A DNA stretch of 64,000 nt. Source: Phoronis australis. Lineage: Eukaryota; Animalia; Phoronida. Numbering within the stretch: position 1 is the first letter of the stretch; each line of letters starts with the position of its first letter. The notes under the pieces were generated by a model, which was given only the letters and a program-made list of their open reading frames with translations, ran no database searches and was not told the origin of the DNA. The stretch is taken from NCBI GenBank assembly GCA_002633005.1, contig NMRA01000078.1, positions 62,001-126,000 on the forward strand, written 5' to 3'. The translations under genes and the position numbers were made by a program. Shown here one piece after another: positions 1 to 14,163 of this stretch.

Positions 1-3000
1 TTGCTTTCAATATTACTGTTCAGTAGTGTTCAAGGGTATTGGCCCTGTGTGCTGTTGCTGCAAAATCCATGAGGATTAGAACTGATAATACTGTTGTCAG
101 TATTTTCACTTGGCGTGCAAAATTTGCTGCCCCCCGGGATTGGAGCGGAAATTCGATTACGTCACATTCCTTGTATCTTCCCGAAGTAACATGGCAATGT
201 CTTGTTCACATGTACTAACTCATTAGATTAGCGGCAAATTTCAATGTAGTAGCGTAGATTACGTATTAAAGTCTGAAGATATTTCTACAGCACCTATATG
301 AACCAAGCAAATTAGTGTTTTTTTAACCATGTATTTTCTAAACCAGTTATATGCAGAATTTAGATTGGACCAAAAATCATTTCTTACTTGGATTGTTGGA
401 CAATCGGTATTGCCGACCAGTATTATATAAATTTAGTTAGTTGACGACGCCTTGATTGCAGAGTGCAGACAGAATGCGTACATACATATAAACAAACATA
501 CATGCTTACTTAAACCCAGCCGTTAACGGCCCACAAGTCACTTCAGAATAATGGATTTGGCTGGTTATTTCGTTTTAGTTTCGTTCCCAGGACCCCCTTG
601 GTCTGAGGAAAATGTATTGCAGGTTGGAACTCATAAAGCATTCGTCTCGGACTTTCTAACGCAGTCGGTATAAGCGATCAATAAAGAGATATATAAATTT
701 CTTATGTGACCTGTTTCTTGACTGCAGACCGTCTCAAAACGTATGCGAAGTAACCCTATATAAGCCCACCAGTCACTTCGGGGTATGAGTCATATGCTGG
801 GTATATCTCACTCATCATTACAGCAGCCTGTTTCGAAGTATTAGGCGTTGGATATTTTTATGGAATGTGTTAATCCCAAGGCTAAAAAAACACTTGTTTT
901 CAATTGTGTCACAAACTCGTCAGACTTAGCAATTCGTCGCTTAAAATTGCCCACTGTGTTGCTGCATCGGGAAGTTCTGCGGTGCTATGTTTGATACACT
1001 CGGCCAGATGAGCAAACGCGAATCCCAGCTCTGCATTTGAAATTACTGATTTGAAGCAGCGTGCCTTTGTCGTGTAGACTGTCGTGTACTGTCCTGTCTT
1101 CTCTATAAAGATTCAGAACTTACAAAATTATTGACGATGTGCCTATAATGTACAGAAAATACTTGTGACCGCTGAGTCACTGATGTCATTGACTCTGCAA
1201 GCTTAATCTTGTGACCATCATTTTCTGCCGAAATACTGATTGTACAAGCTCTCTGAAAATCGTGGCCATGACTTTCTGCCGTATTCGGTGTAGATGGCAA
1301 AGGATAGCTGGGCTCCATGTGAAATAACTTGATAGCCCTACGTTTCTGTGCCGTACCGCATTATCGGCATAACTAAACCCAGACACAACGCGCTTTCTGT
1401 CTTATCAATATGAGCAATATTGGTTTCTCGCTTAAACGAGGCCGTTGAATGTCCTGTTTGTCTGTCGTTAGTTCAAACCGGTGGGCGCCGGCTTTGTACT
1501 GGTTATACTACTGTACAATATTAAACGCTTAATATTGGCTTCGGCAACTATATCTGTTGTCAGTCGCATTTAATGTCTTCAATTGCGAATGCCACATATT
1601 AAAGCAGCGACTGGTTTTATTGACACACTGCTGCCGCTAAGTATGCGTTTTAGATCGAGTGCGTACGGGCTGTGTTAGTGTCTGACGTATGCCTATATAA
1701 AACTCATCGGTTGCTTAGACTACTTGCATTCTTTTATGTCGGCAATTTAACAGCACTGTTGATATCGTGACAATGGACCATTAATTTCAGTGGGAATGCA
1801 ATGAACATGACTTCAGTTTTGAGTGCGTTCGTCGACAAGCTCTTTGAATTGTATGCGTCCAAGGTTGAAAATTACCAATAATTGTCCTTTCTCAGGGTGT
1901 TTCATTACTGTTTTTAATATTGATCGATATTCGGGTAGTGACGTGAAGTTCTTAGTTATTTGGAGGAAATTGCTGGAAAGATTAATTGTTGATTCTGCCT
2001 AGCTTGATTCTCAGAACGAACAGTTCTATCCTGCACTAAGACACTGCATCAAGACATACACCAGAGACCCCTACTCTTGCATGACATTTTTGTACGTCAC
2101 TGTTAGAAGTAACCGAGTACGAGAACTTTTAGGCATAGTTTAAAACTCTATGTCTGCTTGTGGCCGCTGTTATTTTTCAGTTAAATTTTAATTGAATATG
2201 CCTATTATCGAATGATCTTATCCATGCAAGTGCTCGCTGATTTCGGCAAAGCGGGATTAACTCTGTCACGAGATGACTGAACTGTATTACAAATGATAAT
2301 TTTACCTGTTTGGTCTTCACAAACCCGAGCCTGTTAAGTTTAACACAGGTGTGGTTATGTATTTTGCTTTGTGTGTTAACATTATTTGAAGATGGAATTT
2401 AACCTTGTTCTCTAGTTAACTACGATGCCTTGATACACCAGTAGACAGTTGGATTTCTACCTGTTCATTTCTGTAACGCTGTGTTCTCGTTCGGATTAGT
2501 TGTGAAGCGCATGATTGTACCAACGCCTTCGATAATCTCGACCAATGTGCCAAGGATTATCTTGTCATTAGCTTATTCGTTCTTCATTACTTTGTATTTG
2601 GTTACTTTCTTGGGCCTCTAAAAGTCCTTCGACAGCTTTGACAAGTTAGTGGTCAATAGTTGTGATTCATTTGTATTATTCTGTAGCGTCGTGGGTTACA
2701 CGACTGGAGTACACAAAGCCGCTATTGATGTGCTTATTGTGTCATTCTTTTATGTGATGCAGCTGTATAATCGTATCTGCTCGGTCATTTCCGTGCAGAT
2801 GTTCTTAAACAAAACTTGTCAGATGGTTTGAGTTTTTAAATTTCATGTTTTATCAACGGTTGGAGGTTTTGCAAATGTGATCTGGCATCAGTGAAAGCTC
2901 TTGTTAAAAAGTGCATTTAACTGCTTTTCTTGCTATCATCTGGCAGTATTACGCCGTCCTTCACACTGTGGGAGAGGTGTGTAGGATGTTTAAGAAGGAA

Positions 3001-3200
3001 CGCCGAAATGCAACGGCATCAGATGTATATTAATCTTCAAAGGTAGTGAATTTTTGTTATTCACCAGAACAGTGATTCAACAGGTGCTCCCCTTATTGCT
3101 ACCTGGCTAGACATATGATATGCCCTTATTGAATGGTTTATTAGAGGTGTCATGTCCTGGTAAAATAAAATCCAGGGATAACACATTGCGCTGGAATTAA

Positions 3201-3894
3201 GGAGTTCCCACCAGTCATTTAAGGTTTCAGTTAGCTATGAAATGATTACCACAAAATCAAACTCACTTGACAATCAATTGAAAAGGCGGAACACTGCTAA
3301 TCAGAAGACGAGGACGATTTTGAGCCAGAACTGGACAATTGTCATGCTAAATAGACACTTACTACTGACAGAGGACACAGTAAACCTGGGTCACTCGTAA
3401 TTTACTATTTCCATGATGAAATGAGTACGTTCTAAAGCACAGTGCATAAGACTACGTGTCGTAGCACTCGATCAGGGCCGGGGATGAGGGCCTGACATCA
3501 TTCGCCCTAGAATGGAAGCAGTTTGTTCATTATTTATAAAATTTGCTTACACATTTACAAGGTGGCGAGTCCTTCATTGTAACGTCGCTTTTGCGTTTGG
3601 TCGAAACACTATTCCTCACTCGTACGGCGCACAAACGGGTGCCATTTCTGTGCAACTTTCACGTCTTTAGTAAATTTGAACCCAGAGACGTTCTCGGTCT
3701 AGTTGCTGTTACTTCAGCCTCCACTTCCTTCACAACTCCTCAGTATCGCACTGGTAAAAACAATGACAAACGCTATTCCACCTGTTACGTACAGCCCCTA
3801 TGTTTCTTAGCATCAGGTATACTAAAGGCTATTAAATCTTTTTAAGATGCATTAATGGTATTCTTTTTGAGACACAGGGTCATGATGAAATCCC
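3201..3894. mobile_element. Kolobok-like non-autonomous DNA transposon with decayed THAP remnant (copy 1)
   Basis: TTAA at 3197-3200 and 3895-3898; ends GGAGTTCCCACCA / TGATGAAATCCC. Both ends match the 30771-31861 element in reverse orientation. Minus strand ~3600-3730 reads GG*SNSN*TENVSGFKFTKDVKVAQKWHPFVRRT (THAP-like). Confidence 0.75.
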
Positions 3895-6670
3895 TTAAAA
3901 GGGCACCATTGGTGAAGTTGCAACGATTCGATGCAAAGCGTTATGAACGCACGCGGGACCCCAGCATTCAGAGGCGGCTTCGTGGTCGTGATACGAATGC
4001 GTTCGAGTAGTTTTAGCTGGTCTGGCTCTTATATAGTCACACACAAGACTTTCCGTACACTGCACTGTTGCCTGAAAAATTCTATTGGTCCTGGTTTTGA
4101 TGCGGTGCATTATCCATGCGTATAGCCACCATCTCTGTCCAACTTCTGTCAACCGTCACTTCACCTCTTAAAGCACTGTAAGAAGGCTTTAGTGAAATGT
4201 GGTAGATGTGTTCAAATGATGCTAGTGATGAATGACTACGACTTTCGGGTCCCCTGCGCTCTCTAGTGGCGAAATTAGTTTCTTTCGTTTGTTTTGCATC
4301 TACCAAATGGATTGTCGTTTCCGATATACAGTGGAGCCCGCTTAAGTAACGCCGATCCAAAATAACATATCCCCATTAGTGCCATGAAATGTCAAATACC
4401 CGAATAATTTGCCAATAAAGAGTTCCCACGTTTTTTTCAGTATTTCTCTGATTCCTGGTATCGAATTCGTATAAATCCCAGTCCCAATAAATCTCGAAAC
4501 TGGGCATTTCCCGAATCACTTTGAGTTCCACAAAAAGTGCCCCATCACGATTCCCGAAAAACCCTTTCCCTGTCGTTAAACCCATGTAAAATTACCCTCA
4601 TAATGTCATGATTTGTTGTCATAATCTTGCTATTGTCATTAAAAATCAAGAAATTGATTTTCATCGGCTTATTAGCATGCGAACCTTTACTTTTCTATCT
4701 GAAAAGCATCCTTCTTCCCCTTCATTTTTATCCGCGTTATCAGAACTGGGGAGTAAAAACCAGCCGTTTCTTGTTTATCTGTCTTTCTCTCTGACTCTTC
4801 ACTTAGCACGGTAAGCTTATCAGCGTCGTTACGACCGCCGCCATGTCGAAACCCGCTTAATGGAATAATATCTCTTATAAGCATTTACGTCGAAACAGAG
4901 GATACGACATTAAGCCGGTTCCGCTGAATCGGCGACAATGAAATGAGATCTATCGCTAAATGGTAATACGCAGTGGTAAATTAAGAGGTATGTATACGCC
5001 CTAAGCCCAGCATATCTCCTGCGTCTGCGCGCCATTACACCTCAATTTACAGTACGTAGACACTGCAATGAAAATGGAAAAGGTGCATTTACGCCCCGCT
5101 TTGCCATTGGTGATACGATATTTGTGTGGTCTTGGATTGTAGCTTTGATAGACCATTCTTCAGTTTCTACGGAAGATCTCATTAACATTTATGTGAAACA
5201 CAAAAAGCAAGGCTTGTTTTTGAAATTAAGCTTCATCTTTCTATTATGAAGAGGACGGCTGATGATGATTTTTTTTTCGGACCACTTAGACTACTGTGAT
5301 GCCTCCTAGTGGCGTTTTTTTGCCTGTGTGTGTATCTCTCAAACAGGAGGATCTTTGTTAAGTTTGGCAAGAGCATTTATATGAAGTTGGCAACGGACAA
5401 CGGCGACATTCGGGTGGATCTGACTACCCCCTATGTTCCCGTTAGTGTCAATTTCATGTGTTTGTTTCTCCTTTAGCCTTTGCAAGATCTTTTTGAAGTT
5501 TAGGAGATGTGTTCCTATGGAGATGGCAACAGATGATTGCCAGTTTAAGACCAATTCAACTACAGTGGCAGTTTTTTTTATTTGCTTGCGTTTGCCTATA
5601 TAACTTTACAGTTCCTTGATGCTTTTTCATGAAATTGCGCAAAGAAATTTCTATTACCAAAACGACAACATATCTCCTGTTGATGATGGATCGACAAATT
5701 CTGTTCCAACTATGGCCATTTTAATTATTTTAGTCTTTTTTGTCGTTTGCTTCTGCATCTGCCAAACTGCGCGGAGGAGCACTATGAAAATTAGCAGATG
5801 TGTTCATACTGGCAAGAACACGTCTGACGTGGATTTTCATACTGGTCCAACTACAGTGGTGGCCGCCTAGTGACATTGTTCACTCTTACGGCTGTATCTC
5901 CTTAACCCCGTGCACGATGTTTTTTGAAATTTTGCAAGTGTATTCCTGTTTACTGCATATGGATGGATTTGACTACTGCTGTGGTTACTGCTGTACTTTT
6001 TTACGTTTGCCTTTGTATCTCTGGTGTTCTTTGACGGATTTTAATAAAATTTAGCAAATTGAGAGACGATGACACCTTCCCATTTTTGGAGGGATTCAAT
6101 GTATTCTTAGCCATCTAATGGTCATTTATATGATACAAACTCCCGAGAAGCACGCCGTTTGCGGTGTAGTCGTGGGCGCTCTTGTTACCGTTTGCCATGC
6201 AGGCGGTGTTCGGATCAAAACACTCTTTGTTGCTTCTGTTGTATAATTGATATCAGGTGTCAACTCATTATGGACTGAAGCTGCGTGAACTCTTCTATCA
6301 CGCACATGAAGCTGACTCAGAAAGCGATGTCAACCGCCTCATACATGAGCACATAAACTGTTTACACGTAAATCCTTCTGCTGGGTCTGTCCACAAGGTC
6401 AATTACTTGTGGTTGATTAGTTGAATGTTTTCTGCGACATGGACTTTGAGACTGATGGCGGAACTGATGGCTAACGTGGTTGATTTGATTTTACTCTCTT
6501 TTAAACCATGTCCGTGTGAATTTTGTGGTTACGACACTTGTGAAGCAAAAGCGTCGCAGTAGTCCTAGCAATGAAATGGCTATGTTGTATAAGCATCGAA
6601 GTGCAAGCTCTTAGCTGGTTCATAGCAACGTGAAGGTGCCTAACAGTGGTTAGCGGAACACTTGCTTTGC

Positions 6671-7345
6671 TGTCTGCTACCCCTCCATTATCGTCAATGT
6701 TTCTTCCAACTTCACACTCGGGCAGGAACGAGGTCAGGCCGAAGCTTGTGGCGGACCTGAAGTCTCGAATGTGCGGTTCCTGGAGCGGACTTCGGCTTCT
6801 GATGGGTGGGTGCATTTGTACCTGGGTGTATTTGTACCCCCATTGGCTACGGCATGCGATGGCTTTGTTGATAAAAGTTATGTTTTTGAAACGCAGTGAG
6901 AACCCGGGTCCCATTTCTGTCCCATCGAGACCAACGATCGTGTGCCTCCCTCTAAAGTTCTAGTGAGGTTACTCGGTATTTTCGCACTTCTTTTTATATT
7001 TATATGCNTGTCTGCTACCCCTCCATTATCGTCAATGTTTCTTCCAACTTCACACTCTGGCAGGAACGAGGTCAGGCCGAAGCTTGTGGCGGACCTGAAG
7101 TCTCGAATGTGCGGTTCCTGGAGCGGACCTCGGCTTCTGATGGGTGGGTGCATTTGTACCTGGGTGTATTTGTACCCCCATTGGCTACGGCATGCGATGG
7201 CTTTGTTGATAAAAGTTATGTTTTTGAAACGCAGTGAGAACCCGGGTCCCATTTCTGTCCCATCGAGACCAACGATCGTGTGCCTCCCTCTAAAGTTCTA
7301 GTGAGGTTACTCGGTATTTTCGCACTTCTTTTTATATTTATATGC
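6671..7345. other. Tandem duplication (~338 bp) split by single N at 7008; probable assembly artefact
   Basis: 6671-7007 and 7009-7345 are near-identical (a couple of substitutions), and the junction falls exactly on an N. Confidence 0.85.
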
Positions 7346-8349
7346 GGACGCATACTGTCGTTCTTCGGCGTACTCGGTTGTATCTCACCAACCCCTTGTA
7401 GAGCTGTGGTGTAATTTGGCAAGAGTATTCCCATGAATGTGACAACGGATGACGACGACTTTCGGACTGATCCGACTAAAGCTAATGACAATTTTGGTGT
7501 TTTATTTTTTGCCTGTATACCTTCGTTTTCTTTGAATGAGTTTCAGTAACACTGCAGATCCGTAAGGAGACCACACCCTTTCGCGTCTGCGAATGGATAC
7601 GGTGTATTTTCCGCCACCTAGTTACCGTTTTTACTATTTTCGAATCTTATTTTGTGACGTTCGCTTATTCGCTAAAATGCTCAAAGAGTCCTGAAATTTG
7701 GCAGATGTTTTCTTGCTGAGAAGACCCCAGTTGACGTTAATTTTTTCGGACAATTTGGACTTCTCTGGTGGCTCTCAGAGTAGTCTCTGCATCTGGGACA
7801 GGGTCTTTTTAAAGTTTATTTAGTGTATTCCTGTGAACGCGTTATCAGATTTTCTCCGCTTTCGACAGATCGGACTGCCACTATGCCCCCTAGCGGTAAT
7901 TTTAAGTCACTTGGACGAATTTTCATTGAGTTTTGTAACTAGATTATGAGGTAGGCGATGACGCCTTCCTTTTTTGGACAGATTTGGCGTGTTTTGCGCC
8001 ACTTTCGAAGTCCTACAAGCCGTACCGTTCTGTTGCTGTGGCTCGGATATCGCGTGTGCCCGTATTCTAGAATTTGAGGACATTCCTTATTTTTTGTATG
8101 ATCGATTACTCTGGTCATCCAGTAGACAACTCGGCTTTAACACGAAGTGCCCTTCTACGCGCCTATGCAGTATGATCGCTGACCTGCGAAGTAGAATGGC
8201 CGTTTAAGCCTGGTACGTGCTAAGTGGACAGGCGATATTGCCTTGCAGAGGTCTTGCTGTATTTACGCGTCGTAAACAATAGACTAGTTGCAGGTTAATG
8301 GTTCTAGTCATGTGTTTGGTTGTTTTTCAGTTGAGACCCAGTGGATCCA

Positions 8350-8395
8350 ATGTTGCCGAAGTCGTCAGATTACCAAGTGATACCGTCCGTACAAG
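8350..8395 (+). CDS. Probable first coding exon of the zinc-finger/SIM gene (MLPKSSDYQVIPSVQ + G)
   Basis: Acceptor gtttttcag| before 8331; in-frame stop upstream of ATG 8350; donor AAG|gtgcgt after 8395. The phase-1 end joins the phase-1 start at 25050 (G+TG = Val) without a stop. Confidence 0.6.
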
Positions 8396-9289
8396 GTGCG
8401 TAACTCAGTCTGATTCCATGACACAAGTACAGTTTACAATGTGCTCGTTGCGAAGGAATAGTTTTGTTGTCTAATTAATTACGCCTAAGCTTTAATCTAA
8501 AGTTGTGTCCGCGTAATGATTTTCAACCTGTCCATCGAATGTTGCAAGACTCGCAATTGCTGTCTTTTTGCAGGTTACATTCGTTGTTATAAGTGCCACC
8601 AAACTGCATGTTGTCGCCAGCTTGTGTGTGTTCAATATCACTGGCTGTACACATTGTATTGCAACTGCCGCAGTTGTATGTAGAAACAGACTATTGACCT
8701 ATTCTGTCACACAAATGCTGCGAGAACGAAAAGGTTACGACTCGTACATGATGTGAACCAGCCTTCAGTCGCTATCGCAGCTCAATCGCACGTTGTTGCA
8801 AGAACCACCAATTAATTTACAGTTGTCGCCAATGTTTGTACACATTGTGTTGAAAGTTTCTAAACCAGCAAACGCTGACCTATTTAATTACATGCTGTCC
8901 GCGGAAAGACAGCGACCTTTAGGCTACAATATTACGCAAGTTAGGCATTCGTATTATCGGGTTATGACTTCGATGCTTTTGTATAAAAAGCTATGACAAC
9001 GGCTATAAATTCACCGGCAGCTCCGAAACCGCATCGATGAATGTGATCCAGTTATTTTTAATTGTGCCTGTAGTGATCTTAGGTACGACAGAGTTGGTCT
9101 TAGTCCTGTTTGCGTACGCTTGTTAACAGGATGAGGTATTACTTTATGTCCACAATGCCTTAGTTCAGCTAAAGTAATTATCAAATGGCAAGTATAACGT
9201 AGTCTTTCACTAGCTCGTTGCAAACACTATGACGAAGCAGCGTGTAATATAGCTGTTCCGGATTACACAGCAATACTCCATTACCGCTG

Positions 9290-9680
9290 TATTTACCCAC
9301 AATGCCCTAAACATCCGTCAGGTACATTTGCTGCATCGTTTTCGTGCCATTGGAGTTTCACATGTTATTTGCTGTTGTCTTTGCAAGTTTTCTCGGTCGC
9401 ACTGTTTGATCGTCCTTCCAATGCCAACGAAGAATTACTGCTGTGCTGTGGGCTGCAACCCCGACGTGATAAAGTTTGATAATTTTGACAAATACCCGTG
9501 GATTTGTGATGGGAAGTTCTTCGCCTTCCCGACATCATTGAGAAACACGAAAATGTACCAGATTTCCGCGACGAGGTCTGGCGCTTTCTTATCTCCGGGA
9601 CAAAGGAGAGTTCTATCGTCGTGTAATACGGGACGGCCCTATTTTCTGATTGGTTACTTTCGGGGAAATCGAAAACTTGA
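9290..9680 (+). mobile_element. Transposon remnant with THAP N-terminus (family 2, copy 1)
   Basis: From ATG 9421: MPTKNYCCAVGCNPDVIKFDNFDKYPWICDGKFFAFPTSLR (CxxxxC...FP THAP start). Nucleotide similarity to 28113-28640. Confidence 0.65.
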
Positions 9681-10277
9681 AACTCAGTAACGTCAATTTT
9701 GTTGAAATAGCGAACGAAGAATTGGTGAAAGTGTACCGTTGAACCGAGCTGTGATAACATGTGTTGAAGTTGGTCGTGAATCTTGCGTTTTACCAGCCGC
9801 GGGTTATGAGAAAATGTTGGAACCCATTATAATTGTTCTGCCGGTGCAGATAAAACTGTTTGGCAAGGGTGCCTGTCTCCTCCCGGTGGAAACTTTCAAG
9901 ATAGCACGATTTTTGTTTATCGGACAATTACCTCGGTCATGCTGAGTAGTATCCTCACCAGAAATTCTGGTGTCATGGCGCTGACATTTGCTGCGCCACT
10001 TTGATCACATGAGGGCGTTGCGAAGGAACGTAACTTCGTGTAAAAGTTAGTTTGGACTGTTGAGATTCTGTTGATCATCGCTCCTTAGTACTGTCACTCA
10101 TTTGAAAAACCTAACTATCTTTAACATGGCTATAGCTCACAAAATTCGTGAACGTAAAAGTTCTCTTTTGCCTACAAACGATACAGAGTCGTTCGATGTT
10201 TTGGTCTCCATAGAACTTAACTAAAACAAATCCTAAATTTCAGCCAAGTTTAAGATAAAACTTAAATTTGTCTTAAT

Positions 10278-10430
10278 TCCGTTACAAGAAAGAGACCTTA
10301 AGTTGGACTTGAGTTTTTGGCTCAAGTTTGTCTTAATTTTTGCTAACTTACCGGATGTGGGAAGTTTGGAGGTTGAAACAAATCTTAGACTTAAGTCGAA
10401 ATGAACTTAAGTCGGTTTCTTGGAACGGAC
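10278..10430. mobile_element. Small MITE-like inverted repeat with internal ACTTAAG motifs
   Basis: TCCGTTACAAGAAA..GAC.TTAAGTT at the left end pairs with AACTTAAGTCGGTTTCTTGGAACGGA at the right end. Confidence 0.45.
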
Positions 10431-10967
10431 TCTTGAATTAGCTTTCTCGCTGTAAGTGTATGGTGTTAAAGTAACGGGAATTTATAATGCGGAGGGGATC
10501 ACTCTGTGCTTGTGTTTAGTGGACCAGCTTTCGTTGACCACGCTTCCTGCGTTTCTGGAATGTACCCTGGTTCTTGGCTTTTACGCGTGGCACATTTTCA
10601 ATGCCGCGTAATTGCGCAGACATTGTAGATTGCAAGAAACAGAAATTGATCAGGGACCCATTCACGTTCAGAACCCCTTTTTTGTTCTGAACTACTGTTT
10701 CTAGTCATTGACTGGTGGTACGTGCGTGCGTGCCAGGTACTTGGCTGTTGTTTGAGCCTCAATGGAGTATGTCCATGTTTTGGCACCTCAATTCATTCCG
10801 CAGTAAATACAGCTTAGTTTTCATTTCCTCAGATGTTGGTTTTGTGTAAATAACTGTATTAAATTCAAGTGAGACTCCGAGTCTTTATTTGCCCTGGAAT
10901 TAGAATCGTAAATATATCTAGGGTTGGGTTAGGTTAGTTCAAAGGAATGGCTAGTCGATACCACCAG

Positions 10968-11118
10968 CCTCCCGTTCAGTAAGGCTAGGACCTCGCTATA
11001 AAGCAAGACTTCGCGAGATTACGAGAGATATTGCTGTGTATTTTAAATGAGAACACGTGGTGTTGACTAGATTTTATCTAGGTCCTAGCGTAGGTCCTAG
11101 CGTCTACTGAACGCACGC
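10968..11118 (+). mobile_element. PIF/Harbinger-type MITE family A, ~150 bp
   Basis: Imperfect TIRs CCTCCCGTTCAGTAA.GCTAGGACCT / AGGTCCTAGCGTCTACTGAACGCACGC; CAG duplicated on both sides; at least 4 full copies in the window. Confidence 0.85.
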
Positions 11119-13798
11119 CAGTTTTGATTCATGACTCATCGTGAAAATGACGTCTATTGTTTTGCAACGAAGGCCGGTGTTCTCAACTCGGGCACTAAGT
11201 GGTCACTTCAGCGCTAAATCTTCTGGGACTTCAATAACTCGTTGGTGTCGCTTAGAAACCGAAGCACCTGTCCAAGGACACTCCACGTATACAGTGCTGC
11301 TGTTAGTTGCTAGTAAATGCGCAAACCCTAATTTTCAAACTGTTCTGACTTCGTAATATACTTATATAGAATATTTGGAGCCACCAATTCGTTGGCTCCG
11401 ATTATTTGCCTGTTCCGAAAAATAATAGAGAACATAAACAAATAAAACGTCTTCTTTAAAATGCGAACGTGAACAATCAACAGGCTAGTCAGTTCAGTGA
11501 GTTCCTAAAGAAGGACATGATTACTGTCAGAAAACGGACAATATTTTAGATTGCGCGAAGAAGAAGGCTGGGAATATGCATCCTCATCGGCGTGTATAAA
11601 TTCTTTGGATATGAATAGCCATAACAGAGACTTAAAAACAAAAGCATGTTTACATAAACTCGCGTTATTTGGACATGGTCTGAAAGTGATATTGATATAG
11701 AAAGTTGTAGAAGAAAAATGGGAAAGAACCTCTATACGTTTATTTACACTCACACACTCGATTGCTGTTACTTAAGCCAGCGTTACACAGGGGGTGTTCG
11801 GTTTATTGGTTTCTCCAAAAATTCCCCTAGTTATAAGGATATGCATGTAGTCAGTACAACATTACAGGGCATCGCATTAACAAATTCCACATCAAGATGA
11901 GAATATGAGATTTTTTTTCTGGTTCTGATTGAATTCTTTGATAATCCCGTTAGTCGAGCCCTCACCGACTGTCGTGAACCTTATTGCACCATTTTGGGGG
12001 TGTAAAATCTTGGAGCTTTAGGTCGCATTTGAGGCGTTCTGCAACTAAAATCCGGATTCACCTTTCCACAGGTGCAGGCTTCGCAGCAAATACTTCGCCA
12101 GTGTCTTGGGACACTGCGAAACTTAATTGATCACTCAACTGCATGCAGTCAAATCTGATAATATCGTCTTGATTCACCGGATGAAGTTGGAGGTGCCAAC
12201 AAGGGTAATTGTCTACGTCTTAGTAGGTGGGCTGTACGTCAAAAATGTCTACCTTTTGTTCCGTATGTGTTTTAACAATCGCCCGTTCTGGCTTAGTCAC
12301 GGGGGAGGGGCAGGAATTAATTGTTATTACGTGCCAGTGTGCTTGTCTATCCGGTTTTCCATAAACAGAACATCCGTGTTCCGAAAATAGATATATGTCA
12401 TACGAAAAATAATCGAAACAACCTGGTATGCAAGCGGCCGACCCATTTCTGTGGTAGCAAAGGACGTCATGGAACTTGAGCTCTATGCAAAAATTCAAGC
12501 TTGTTGTCTCGCACCGAATGTTTCTGGTGTCTCCTGTTCACATGCGCTATTAAAATTATCAAGAAAAACTTTGGCAGAGTTCTTAGAATAATTGAACAGG
12601 GGTTCACTGTCTACGTTGCGTTTCAAGGCACCTAGACTCCCATGCCTACGCTTAGCTCGAGCCTGCCTTCGCGTAAAATTCTCTCGCGCACGCATGTTCC
12701 CCACTGGCAGACACGTAGTCCCCTCGCAAACGCATATGCCGCTCTCGCATACCCATATTTCAATCCCGAGCCACTTTTCGCGTCTTGCTGACGAGTTTCT
12801 TTGGTCGCGTATGGATCAACCCTCTTCCCGCCCATCGACATGGCTCTTAGAATGGGTGGCTTCTCCAACAACACTACTGTCGACATAGCGCATGTGCACG
12901 ACTGACGTTGACACGGAACAGCTGATACGGGAAGAGTAGACGCTGCGCAGTTATGTGTGTGAACGGAAGTTGACAGAGAACGAGTTGTTAGCCTGGTGTC
13001 AATTTCTGAGCTAGAGCAACTTGCATATTTTCGCGCAATAACTACGAATTGCCGACTGACTTCTTTTGCTGTTCACTTCTACAACCTCTTCAAATGCAAA
13101 AGTTTGCATCATTTTCAGTTTATGAACATGGACTGTTACCCCCACTACTTGCAACCCACTCCGTCACATCCTGTCTGTCTGTCTACAACTTCCACCTTGT
13201 TCTCGTTTATGAGTTGCGTGTAAACGACGACTCGACACCGATCATCGTATGCCGTGTCGAGTTGTTCCGTGTCATAGTAAATAGCATGTTGACGCCCCTC
13301 TCAACTTTTGTTTACAAACATTGTTGCACCGCCTCGTTGCCAGTGCGACTTTATGTCGATGATAGTGATGTTGAACCAGATACCGATTTTGAGAGCCATA
13401 TTTTTAGTTAGTGAAAGTGTCTTTTCTCTCTTAAAGTTTATGTTGTAGTTGTTGCCAAGAATACCGTGGAAATATGCTTTGGAGTTGCTTTGAATTGATC
13501 TGCCAAACAGGCTATACGACCACGACGTCATACGTCTCTGGGTCTGTTCTCCGTCATTCTCCTTTGGCTATGGTCCCGAAGCTTAGAAGATGCATGGAGG
13601 TGGATACCAACATGAAGGTCACTTGTAGGTTGACCTTGACCTGAATATGAACGCCATTGATTTTGGGATTGGCAGGTCAGAGATCAAAATGACAGTGATT
13701 TGGGTTATGGTACTACGACTTGGTGGGAATTTGATCCCAACATATTGATTTTGAGCTCCACGGGTATAGAATCAAGGTCATACTAACCCTCCCCTAGA

Positions 13799-14163
13799 CA
13801 CGGGTGAGAAACAACATGACCGCCGGTCCTCTAAATCAGACTGACTCGCCCGAAACAGGACCTCCGGGGATCAAATGGGACCGTCGCACCAGAAAATGGG
13901 ACTGACGCACCTAAAAACATGACTGTCCCACCACAAAACAGGACCGCCGGGGACTGAACATGACCGCCGAACAATATGCGGTTTCATTCCCCGGCTGTCA
14001 TGTTCAGTCTCCGGCGATCCTGTTTTCTGGTGGGGCGGTCATGTTCTTAGGTGCGTCAGTCCTATTTTCTGGTGCGACGGTCCCATTTGATCCCTGGAGG
14101 TCCTGTTTTGGGTGAGGCGGTCCTAGTTAAGAGGACCGGCGGTCATGTTGTTTCTCACCCGTG
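13799..14163. mobile_element. Transib-like palindromic (foldback) MITE
   Basis: Arms of ~175 bp are reverse complements; termini CACGGGTG...CACCCGTG; 5-bp TSD CTAGA (13794-13798, 14164-14168); ~21-bp internal subrepeats. Confidence 0.85.

Noticed and set aside
4650-4816. Possible non-coding first exon of the zinc-finger gene (donor ACG|gtaagc at 4810)
   Set aside because: Plausible, but supported only by a donor-like motif.
5280-7900. Recurring GCC.CCTAG.GG / AAATTTGGCA motifs
   Set aside because: Looks like an old decayed repeat, but unit length and boundaries could not be defined by eye.
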